Positions 53,090-64,000 of a DNA stretch of 64,000 nt are shown in pieces. Under the pieces are notes generated by a model. The model saw only the letters and a program-made list of their open reading frames with translations. It was not told the origin of the DNA and searched no databases. Each line of letters opens with the position of its first letter. Position 1 is the first letter of the stretch. Location: the NCBI RefSeq assembly GCF_044704955.1, contig NC_091984.1:54126001-54190000 (forward strand). Reading direction: 5' to 3'. This DNA is from Pristiophorus japonicus. Its lineage: Eukaryota. Position numbers and translations under genes: made by a program.

Positions 53090-56000
53090 AAGAGCTAGGA
53101 AGGAGATTAAAAAGCAGACCTCAAAGGTAGTAATCTCCCAATTACTGCAGGTGCCACGGGCTAGTGAGTACATAAATAGGAGGATGAATGCATGGCTGGA
53201 GAGATGATACAGGAGGGAGTGCTTTAGGTCCCTGAGACATTGGGATAGTTTCTGGGGGAGGCGAGACCTGTACAAGCCAGACAGGTTGCACCTCAACAGG
53301 GCCGGAACCAATATCCTCGTGGGGGGTGGGTGGGGTTTGTTGGTGCTGTTTTGGAGGATTTAAACTAGCTTGGTGGGGGGTGGGAACCTGAGAGTAGATT
53401 CAGAAGGGAGAGAAGCAAAGCTGGAAATGGAAGGCAGAAAATTAGTAAGCGAGTTTGGAAGGCAGAGGAAACAAAGGCTAGGAAATAGACAACAAGGGAA
53501 TTTGGCAGTGCTAAATGGTATATACTTCAATGCAAGGAGTCTAGGGAATAAGGCAGACGAGCTGAGGGCAGATATACATGTGGGAGTATGATATAGCTAT
53601 TGCTGAGACATGGCTGAAAGAAGGGCAGGAATGGCAGCTCAACATACCTGATTACAGGGTTTTCAGACGACAGAGAGGGGGATAAAAAAGGAGGGGGAGT
53701 CGTAGTATTGATTAAAGAAACAATTACAGCTGTAAGGAGTGAAGATATGTTAGAAGGATCAAATGAGGCCATATGGTTTGAACTGAAGAACAAAAAAGGA
53801 ATAATCACAACTGCTGGGAGTGTACTATAGACTCCCAGTCAGAGAGAGATAGAAGAGCAAATATTTAGGCAAATTTCTGAAGTGCAAAAACAATAATAGG
53901 GAATTTCAACTACCCTAATATTAACTGGGATAGAATTAGTGTGAAAGGTATAGAGGGAGCAGAATTCTTAAATTGCATTCAGGAGAACTTTTCTAGCCAG
54001 TACATAGCAAACCCAACAATAGAGGGGGCAGTTCTGGACTTAGTTTTAGGGAATGAATGAAGTTGGGCAGGGGTATCAGTGGGAGAGCATTTTGGTGCTA
54101 GTGATCATAATTCAGTTAGATTTAAGGTAGTTATGGAAAAGGACAAAGATATCCCAGGAATAAAAGTTCTCAATTGGGGGAAAAGCCAATTTTACTAAGC
54201 TGAGATGTAATTTAGCCAAACTGAACTGGAAACAGCTACTTGAAGATAAATCAGTGTCAGAGCAATGGGAGGCATTCAAGGAAGAGAAAGTGAGGGTTTC
54301 AGAGCAAGTATGTTTCCTTAAATAAAAAGGATGGGACTAACAAATCTAGAGCCCCCGAGATGTCAAAGGGCATACAGGATAGGATAAAGGAAAAAAGGGA
54401 AGCTTATGACAGATACAAAGGGCTCAATACTGTGGAAACCCTAGAGGAGTATAGAAAAAGCAGGGGAAATTAGGAAAGCAAAGAGAGGGTATGAAAAAAT
54501 CTTGGCAAGTAAACTCAAGGAAAATCCAAAAATGTTTTATAAATTCAGAGCAAGAGGATAACTAAAGAAAAAGTAGGACCTATTAGAGACTGTAAGCTTG
54601 GATGATGTGGAATTTGTATGGGTAGAGCTGCGGAATACCAAAGGGCAGAAAACGCTAGTCGGAGTTGTGTATAGACCACCAAACAGTAGTAGTGAGGTTG
54701 GGGACAGCATCAAAGAAGAAATTAGGGATGCGTGCAATAAAGGTACAGCAGTTATCATGGGAGACTTTAATCTACATATAGATTGGGCTAACCAAACTGG
54801 TAGCAATACGGTGGAGGAGGATTTCCTGGAGTGTATTGGGGATGGTTTTCTAGACCAATATGTCGAGGAACCAACTAGAGGGCTGGCCATCCTAGACTGG
54901 GTGATGTGTAATGAGAAAGGACTAATTAGCAATCTTGCTGTGCGAGACTACTTGGGGAAGAGTGACCATAATATGGTAGAATCCTTTATTAAAATGGAGA
55001 GTGACACAGTTAATTCAGAGACTAGGGTCTTGAACTTAAGGAAAGATAACTTCGATGGTATGAGACGTAAATTGGCTAGAATAGACTGGCAAATGATACT
55101 TAAAGGGTTGACGGTGGATAGGCATTGGCAAACATTTAAAGATCACATGGATGAACTTCAACAATTGTACATCCCTGTCTGGAGTAAAAATAAAACGGGG
55201 AAGGTGGCTCAACTGTGGCTAACAAGGGAAATTAAGGATAGTGTTAAATCCAAGGAAGAGGCATATAAATTGGCTAGAAAAACCAGCAAACCTGAGGACT
55301 GGGAGAAATTTAGAATTCAGCAGAGGAGGACAAAGGGTTTAATTAAGAGGGGGAAAATAGAGTATGAGAGGAAGCTTGCTGGGAACATAAAAACTGACTG
55401 CAAAAGCTTCTATAGATATGTGAAGAGAAAAAGATTAGTGAAGACAAACGTAGGTCCCTTGCAGTCAGAATCAGATGAATTTATAATGGGGAACAAAGAA
55501 ATGACAGACCAAATCCTTTGGTTCTGTCTTCACGAAGGAAGACACAAATAACCTTCCAGAAATACTAGGGGACCGAGGGTCTAGCGAGAAGGAGGAACTT
55601 AAGGAAATCCTTATTAGTCAGGAAATTGTGTTCGGGAAATTGATGGGATTAAAGGCCGATAAATCCCCAGGGCCTGATTGTCTGCATCCCAGATTAAGGA
55701 AGTGGCCCTAGAAATAGTGGATGCATTGGTGATCATTTTCCAACAGTCTATCGACTCTGGATCAGTTTCTATGGACTGGTAGCTAATGTAACACCATTTT
55801 TTTTTTAAAAAAGGGAGAGAGAGAGAAAACGGGGAATTATAGACCGGTTAGCCTGACATTTAGTAGTGGGGAAAATGTTGCAATCAATTATTAAAGATGA
55901 ATATTGGGGGTAATGTATTGATGTGGATAGAGAACTGGTTGGCAGACAGGAAGCAGAGAGTCGGGTAAACGGGTCCTTTTCAGAATGGCAGGCAATGACT

Positions 56001-59000
56001 AGTGGGGTGCCGCAGAGCTCAGTGCTGGGTCCCCAGCTATTTACAATATACATCAATGATTTAGATGAAGGAATTGAGTGTAATATCTCCAAGTTTGCAG
56101 ATGACACTAAGCTGGGTGGCGGTGTTAGCTGTGAGGAGGATGCCAAGAGGCTGCAGGGTGACTTGAACAGGTTAGGTGAGTGGGCAAATGCATGGCAGAT
56201 GCAGTATAATGTGGATAAATGTGAGGTTATCCACTTTGGTGGCGAAAACATGAAGGCAGATTATTATCTGAATGACGGCAGATTAAGAAAAGGGGAGGTG
56301 CAATGAGATACGGGTGTTTTGGTACATCAGTCATTGAAAGTTGGCATGCAGGTACAGCAGGCAGTGAAGGCAGCAAATGGCATGTTGGCCTTTATAGCTA
56401 GGGGATTTGAGTATAGGAGCAGGGAGGTCTTCTGCAGTTGTATAGGGCCTTGGTGAGGTCTCACCTGGAATATGGTGTTCAGTTTTGGTCTCTTAACCAA
56501 AGGAAGGACGTTCTTGCTATTGAGAGAGTGCAGCGAGGTTCACCAGACTGATTCCCGGGATGGCAGGACTGACATATGAGGAGAGACTGGATCGACTGGG
56601 CCTGTATTCAGTGGAGTTTAGAAGAATGAGAGGGGATCTCATATAAACATATTAAATTCTGTTGGGACTGGACAGGTTAGATGCAGGAAGAATGTTCCCG
56701 ATGTTGGGGAAGTCCAGAACTAGGGGTCACAGTCTAAGGATAAGGGGTGAGCCATTTAGGACCGAGATGAGGAGAAACTTATTCACTCAGAGAGTTGTTA
56801 ACCTGTGGAATTCCCTACCACAGAGAGTTGTTGATGCCAGTTCGTTAGATATATTCAAGAGGGAGTTAGATATGGCCCTTACGGCTAAAGGGATCAAGAG
56901 GTATGGAGAGAAAGTAGGAAAGGGGTCCTGAGGTGAATGATCAGCCATGATCTTATTGAATGGTGGTGCATGCTCGGAGGGCCAAATGGCCTACTCCTGC
57001 ATCTATTTTCTATGTTTCTATAAAGGTAACCTGTGTGTGGAGGCGGAAGACGTGGGTCTGGTCCTCGATTAATACTTTGTGCCTGTTTTCACAAAAGAGA
57101 GGGATGATGCAGACTTTGCAGTCAGGGAGGAGGAGTGTGAAATATTGGATGAAATAAACAGTGGGAGAGGAAGTATTAAGGGGTTTAGCATCTTTGAAAG
57201 TGGATAAAACCCCAGTCCCAGATTTGTTATGGGAAGGTCGTGTCTGACTAACTTGATTACATTTTTTGAGGAGGTAACAAGGAGGGTCAATGAGGGTACT
57301 GCGTTTGATGTGGTTTGTATGGATTTTAGCAAGGCTTTTGAAAAGGTCCCACATGGCAGACTGGTCACAAAAGTAAAAGCCCATGGGATCCAGGGCAAAG
57401 TGGCAAGTTGGATCCAAAATTGGCTCAGAGGCAGAAAGCAAAGGGTAATAGATGATGGGTGTTTTTGTGACTGGAAGGTTGTTTCCAGTGGGGTTCTACA
57501 GGGCTCAGTATTAGGTCCCTTGCTTTTAACATAGAAACATAGAAAATAGGTGCAGGAGTAGGCCATTCGGCCCTTCTAGCCTGCACCGCCATTCAATGAG
57601 ATCATGGCTGAACATGCAACTTCAGTACCCCCTTCCTGCTTTCTCGTCATACCCCTTGATCCCCCTAGTAGTAAGGACTTCATCTAACTCCCTTTTGAAT
57701 ATATTTAGTGAATTGGCCTCAACAACTTTCTGTGGTAGAGAATTCCACAGGTTCACCACTCTCTGGGTGAAAAAGTTTCTCCTCATCTTGGTCCTAAATG
57801 GCTTACCCCTTATCCTTAGACTGTGACCCCTGGTTCTGGACTTCCCCAACATTGGGAACATTCTTCCTGCATCTAACCTGTCTAAACCCGTCAGAATTTT
57901 AAACGTTTCTATGAGGTCCCCTCTCATTCTTCTGAACTCCAGTGAATACAAGCCCAGTTGATCCAGTCTTTCTTGATAGGTCAGTCCCACCATCCCAGGA
58001 ATCAGTCTGGTGAACCTTCGCTGCAAATGTCTTTTTGTGGTATATAACAGTGATTTAGACTTGAATGTAGGGGGTATGATTAAGAAGTTTGCAGATGATA
58101 CAAAAATTGGTTGTGTGGTTGATAATGAAGAAGAAAGCTGTAGACTGCAGGAAGATATCAATCAGTTGGTCAGGTGGGCAGAACAGTGGCAAATAGAATT
58201 CACTCCAGAGAAGTGGGAGGTAATGCATTTGAGGAGGGCCAACAAGGCAAGGGAATACACATTAAATGGTACGACACTGAAAAGTGTAGAGGAACAAAGG
58301 GACCGTGGAGTGCAGGTCCACAGATCCCTGACGGTAGTAGAACTGGTAGATAACGTGGTTAAGGCGGCATTCGGGATACTTGCCTTTATTAGCCAAGGCA
58401 TAGAATATAAGAGCAGGAAGGTTATGCTTGGACTGTATAAAACACTAGTTAGGCCACAGCTAGTGTACTGCATGTAGTTTTGTTCACCACATTACAGGAA
58501 AACTGTGATTGCACTAGAGAGGATACAGAGGAGATTTACAAGGATGTTGCCTGGACAGGAGAATTTTAGCTATGAGGAAAGATTGGATAGGTTGGTGTTG
58601 TTTTCTTTCGAACAGAGGAGGCTGAGGGGAGACCTTATTGAGGTGTATAAAATTATGAAGGGCCAAGATAGAGTGGATAGGAAGGACTTATTTCACTTAA
58701 CAGAGGGGTCAATAACCAGGGGACATAGATTTAAAGTAATTGGTAGGAGGTTTAGAGGGGATGTGAGGAGAACTTTCTTCACCCAGGGAGCGGCAGGGGT
58801 CTAGAACTCACTGCCTGAAAGGGCGGTAGAGGCAGAAAACCTCATAGCATTTAAAAAGTTCTTGGATATGCACTTGAAGTGCCATAACCTACAAGGCTAG
58901 GGACCAAGAGCTAGAAAGTGGGATTAGGCTGGACAGCTGTGTGTCGGCCACCATGAACACGATTGGCCGAATGGCCTCCTTCTGTACTGTAAATTTCTAT

Positions 59001-59005
59001 GATTC
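53090..59005 (+). mobile_element. CR1 split by two nested CR1 copies (54596-57018 +, 57528-58026 -)
   Basis: Outer element runs from late ORF1 through APE, RT and 3' tail, rejoining across both inserts. The inner plus copy closely resembles the CR1 at 1-3585. Confidence 0.88.
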
Positions 59006-59349
59006 TATTAAGAGTTTTCCTCTTGAACCCCATTGTTGTTCTAGTCTCACTAAGATATCTAAATTACTTCATAGATCGCTGGAGCGGAGCACAAACAGGT
59101 TTGTCATGAACTCCAGGATAAAATTACAGTATTTTCATTGCAGTCACTCGCATCCATCTATTATTTTCTGTAATATTTATGAGGCAATCACTGAAGAACT
59201 GAATCTGAAAAAACTACAAATTTAATCTGCAGTAGATTGCTAAAATATAGTCCTTCCCTATTTATTGCACAAGGACAGTGTTCCACTGCAAGTACAATAA
59301 TACTTTCCATATTTTAACTGCTAATTCTGTGAGCTTAAATTCTTTCTAG

Positions 59350-59429
59350 ATCCACAGTTGCTGGTTTGAAGGAACAACTGAGAAACATCCATCTAGCTGA
59401 CAACCAGACGAGTACACCATCAAAACCAG
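59350..59429 (+). CDS. CCDC163: CCDC163-like coding exon 9 (no stop; gene continues beyond the window)
   Basis: tctttctag|(R)STVAGLKEQLRNIHLADNQTSTPSKP|gtgtgt; 80 nt, phase 2->1. Confidence 0.72.
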
Positions 59430-59761
59430 GTGTGTACAAGCTGCTTAATGTGCAAGAAAACCTGGTCAGCATTACAACCAGGTTCTCTCTTTTCACTGTA
59501 ACTGCTCCCATTGGGTTCTTATTATTTAGCCCTCGGGTACCTTCCTCTTCCCTTTCAAAACCACCGTCGTCTATCCTCCCTCAGAAACCCACCTTTAATT
59601 ACTGTCCTGACAAACTACCATCCCATCTCCAACCAGCCTTTTCTCTCAAGTCCTTGATCGTGTTGTCACCTCCAAAATCCCACATCTGTCTTGCAGCTCC
59701 ATATTTGAATCTCTCCAATTAAGATTCTACCCCCTGCCACATCACTAAAACAGCTCGTGTC

Positions 59762-60585
59762 ACTGTCACGACCTGCCCTATACGTTACGATTCGAAAACA
59801 TCACCACTTTGTTCACAGTACTTGTAGCAGCACTTGTGTGCCGAGAGATTTGCTTAGTATTGTCACTGGTGGCAATGAACGCCTGGGCTATCGCTATTGC
59901 CTTACTCAAGGTTGGGGTCTCTACAGTCAAAAGTTTGCGAAGTATGGTTTCGTGGTCAATGCCAAGTACGAAAAAGTTTGAGCATGTGCTCCAAATGTCC
60001 TTCAAATTCACAATGTCCTGCAAGGTGTCTTAGCTTGGCGACATAACTCGCCACTTCCTGGCCTTCAGATCTTTTGTAGGTGTAGAACCGATACCTCGTC
60101 ATCAGAACGTTTCCTTCGGGTTCAGATGCTCCCGGACCAGTGTGCACAAATCGGCGTACGATTTCTCTGTTGATCATACATTGGTGCCTCACAGACAGTG
60201 AGGAGGATCGCCCTTCGTTTGGCAGCGCTCTCTTCCCCATCTAGCTCGTTAGCCACGAAGTATTGGTCGAGTCGCTCCACAAAAGTTTCCCAATCATCTC
60301 CCTCCGAAAATTTCTCCAGGATGCCCACTGTTCTCTGCATCTTTGGGTTCGCTATCTGTATCTCGTCGCCAGTTGTAGTCTGTGGAGAAGGAGTCAGACT
60401 GAACACTGTGAGCTCAAAGTAAAGTGTGACCGTAGCCTTTTATTGCATGTCTCCAGAGTGCCTCTACAATCTGTGAAGCCTTCTTAAATACCTGTGCTCC
60501 CAAGGGATTATGGGATCCCTTGGGGCTCCGGCGAATGAGCCCTCTGGTGGCTGTACAGAGTAAATACATGTCCACATATATAACA
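59762..60585 (-). mobile_element. Truncated Gypsy element (5' LTR 60374-60585, PBS, partial gag), relative of 12094-16475
   Basis: MQRTVGILEKFSEGDDWETFVERLDQYF gag start; PBS tggcgacgag; LTR shares ccaccagagggc and cccaagggatccca. Confidence 0.9.
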
Positions 60586-60734
60586 ATTCCAACTCCTTCT
60601 GAGTTAGCCACTCTTAAGTCAGCACTGAAGTTGACCTCAGGGACAGGATTTGAATTACTGATTACTATCTAGTGACCCTTACTGCAAGTATGTGTGGATT
60701 TGGGTACACAGTTCAGCTGTGTTGCTATTCACAA

Positions 60735-63700
60735 AACTCCCCTATTTAAAAAAGGAGGGAGACAGCAAGTAGGAAACTATAGACCAGTTCGTCCAACATC
60801 TGTTGTTGGGAAAATCTTGGGTGTCCATCATTGAGGAAGCAGTAGCAGGACATTTAGAAAATCATAATGCAGTCAAGCAGTGTCAACATGGTTTTATGAA
60901 AGGGAAATCATGTTTGACAAATTTGCTGGAGTTCTTTGAGGATGTAATGAGCAGGGTGGATAAGGGGGAAAACTAATGAATGTGGCTTTAGTTTCCTGAA
61001 CAATTGGGACCGCTTCTGGGGTAGGTGGGACCTGTACAAGTCGGACAGGTTACACCTCAACAGAGACGGGACCAATGTTCTCGTGGGTGGTTTTGATAGT
61101 GCGGTTGGGAGGTGCTTTAAACTAGCTTGGCGGGGGATGGGAACCCAGGAGAGGGCTCTGAGCTCGTTAGAGTGGGTGAGAGCTCAGATGAACAGAAAGG
61201 ATGCAAAAGACAGGAGGCAACAGAGCAGAGTGGCACTGGGGTAAGTGTAAACCACAAGGTGATAGGAAGGGACAATATGTTTGAATATAAAAAGAGCTGC
61301 AGGAGGGGTCAAAGCTAAAAATCATGGTTTAAAAACTAGTATTAAAACACTTTACCTAAATGCACACAGCATTCGAAACAAAGTAAATGAGTTGATGGCA
61401 CAAATCATTACAAATGGGTATGATTTGGTGGGGCCATTACAGAAACATGGTTGCAGGGTGGCCAAGACTGGGAATTAAACATACAGGGGTATCTGACAAT
61501 TCTGAAAGATAGACAAGAAGGGAAAGGAGGTGGGGTAGCTCTGTTAATAAAGGATGATATAGGGCAGTTGTGAGAGACGATATTGGCTCTAATGAACAAA
61601 ATGTTGAATCATTGTGGGTGGAGATTAGAGATAGTAAGGGGAAAAAGTCACTGGTGGGCGTAGTTTATAGGCCCCCAAATAATAACTTCACGGTGGGGCG
61701 GACAATAATCAAGGGAATAATGGAGGCATGTGAAAAAGGAACGGCAGTAATCATGGGGGATTTTAACCTACATAGCGATTGGTCAAATCAAATCGCACGC
61801 GGTAGCCTGGAGGAGGAATTCATAGAATGCATACGGGATTGTTTCTTCGAACAGTATGTTACAGAACCTACAAGGGAGCAAGCTATCTTAGATCTGGTCC
61901 TGTGTAATGAGACAGGAATAATAAACGATCTCCCAGTAAAAGATCCTCTCGGAATGAGTGATCACAGTATGGTTAAATTTGTAATACAGATTGAGGGTGA
62001 GGAAGTAGTGTCTCAAACGAGCGTACTATGCTTAAACAAAGGGGACTACAGTGGGATGAGGGCAGATTTGGCTAAAGTAGACTGGAAACACAGACTAAAC
62101 GGTGGCACAATTGAGGAACAGTGGAGGACTTTTAAGGAGCTCTTTCAGTGCTCAACAAAAATATATTCCAGTGAAAAAGAAGGGCGGTAAGAGAAGGGAT
62201 AACCAGCCATGGATAACCAAGGAAATAAAGGAGTATCAAATTAAAAATCAATGCGTATAAGGTGGCCAAGGTTAGTGGGAAACTAGAAGATTGGGAAAAT
62301 TTTAAATGACAGCAAAGAATGACCGAAGAAAGCAATAAAGAAAGGAAAGATAGATTACGAAAGTAAACTTGCGCAAAACATAAAAACAGATAGAAAAGCT
62401 TTTACCGATATATAAAATGGAAAAGAGTGACTCAAGTAAATGTTGGTCCCTTAGAAGATGAGAATTTAATAATGGGAAATGTGGAAATGGCTGGACCTTA
62501 AACGATTATTTTGCTTCGGTCTTCACAGTGGAAGACACAAAAACCATGCCAAAAATTGCTGGTCACGGGAATGTGGGAAAGGAGGACCTTGAGACAATCA
62601 CTATCACTAGGCGGGTAGTGCTGGACAGGCTAATGGATCTCAAGGTAGACAAGTCCCCTGGTCCTGATGAAATGCATCCCAGGGTATTTAAAGAGATGGC
62701 GGAAGTTATAGCAGATGCATTCATTATAATCTACCAAAAATCTCTGGACTCTGGGGAGGTACCATCGGATTGGAAAGCAGCTAATGTAACGCCTCTGTTT
62801 AAAAAAAGGGGGCAGACAAAAGGCAGGTAACTATAGGCCGGTTAGTTTAACATCTGTAGTGGGGAAAATACTTGAAACCATCATGAAGGAAGAAATAGCA
62901 GGACATCTAGATAGGAATAGTGCAATCAAGCAGACGCAGCATGGATTCATGAAGGGGAAATCATGTTTAACTAATTTACTGGAATTCTTTGAGGATATAA
63001 CGAGCATTGTGGATAGAGGTGTACCGATGGATGTGGTGTATTTAGATTTCCAAAAGGCATTCGATAAGGTGCCACACAAAAGGTTACTGCAGAAGATAAA
63101 GGTACGCGGAGTCAGAGGAAATGTATTAGCATGGATAGAGAATTGGCTGGCTAACAGAAAGCAGAGAGTCGGGATAAATGGGTCCTTTTCGGGTTGAAAA
63201 TCAGTGGTTAGTGGTGTGCCACAGGGATCGGTGCTGGGACCACAACTGTTACAATATACATAGATGACCTGGAAGAGGGGACAGAGTGTAGTGTAACAAA
63301 ATTTGCAGATGTCACAAAGATTAGTGGGAAAGCGGGTTGTGTAGAGGACACAGAGAAGCTGCAAAGAGATTTGGATAGGTTAAGCGAATGGGCTAAGGTT
63401 TGGCAGATGGAATACAATGTCGGAAAGTGTGAGGTCATCCACCTTGGGGGAAAAAAAAAAACAGTAAAAGGGAATATTATTTGAATGGGGAGAAATTACA
63501 ACATGCTGCGGTGCAGAGGGACCTGGGGGTCCTTGTGCATGAATCCCAAAAAGTTAGTTTGCAGATGCAGCAGATAATCAGGAAGGCGAATGGAATGTTG
63601 GCCTTCATTGCGAGAGGGATGGAGTACAAAAGCAGGGAGGTCCTGCTGCAACTGTATAGGGTATTGGTGAGGCCGCACCTGGAGTACTGCGTGTGTAGTT

Positions 63701-64000
63701 TTGGTCACCTTACTTGAGGAAGGATATACTAGCTTTGGAGGGGGTACAGAGACGATTCACTCGGCTGATTCTGGAGATGAGAGGGTTACCTTATGATGAT
63801 AGATTGAGTAGACTGGGTCTTTACTCGTTGGTGTTCAGAAGGATGAGGGGTGATCTTATAGAAACATTTAAAATAATGAAAGGGATAGACAAGATAGAGG
63901 CAGAGAGGTTGTTACAACTGGTCAGGAAGACTAGAACTAGGGGGCACAGCCTCAAAATATGGGGGAGCCAATTTAAAACCGAGTTGAGAAGGAATTTCTT
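60735..64000 (+). mobile_element. CR1 fragments (RT piece 60735-60970; late ORF1-ORF2 copy from about 60990 to the window end)
   Basis: LNAHSIRNK, GVVYRPPN, IMGDFN, SDHSMV, DFQKAFDKVPH, RPHLEYC; frameshifted. Confidence 0.93.

Overview
Repeat-rich vertebrate genomic DNA, most likely a cartilaginous fish (inferred from dense CR1, Penelope and Deu-domain SacSINE1-like SINE content). Two host genes lie head-to-head on one small CpG island. MMACHC (cblC) is complete on the minus strand: 4 coding exons, 17801->5488, 254 aa. A long CCDC163/CCDC159-family coiled-coil gene is on the plus strand: putative non-coding exon 1 ending at 17954, then 9 in-phase coding exons from 24824 to 59429, continuing past the window. 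The introns hold nested CR1, L2-like, RTE, Penelope and Gypsy retroelements plus several non-autonomous DNA transposons. The most unusual feature is a family of non-autonomous PIF/Harbinger-like elements (GGGCYCAAGT termini, 3-bp target duplications). One copy (31705-33400) carries an intact, intronless histone H4 ORF, a second independent insertion carries a truncated copy of the same H4, and a sibling unit has no H4. This points to a histone gene captured and spread by a cut-and-paste transposon. Family names rest on recalled motifs and manual comparison, not database searches, and boundaries of old repeats are approximate.
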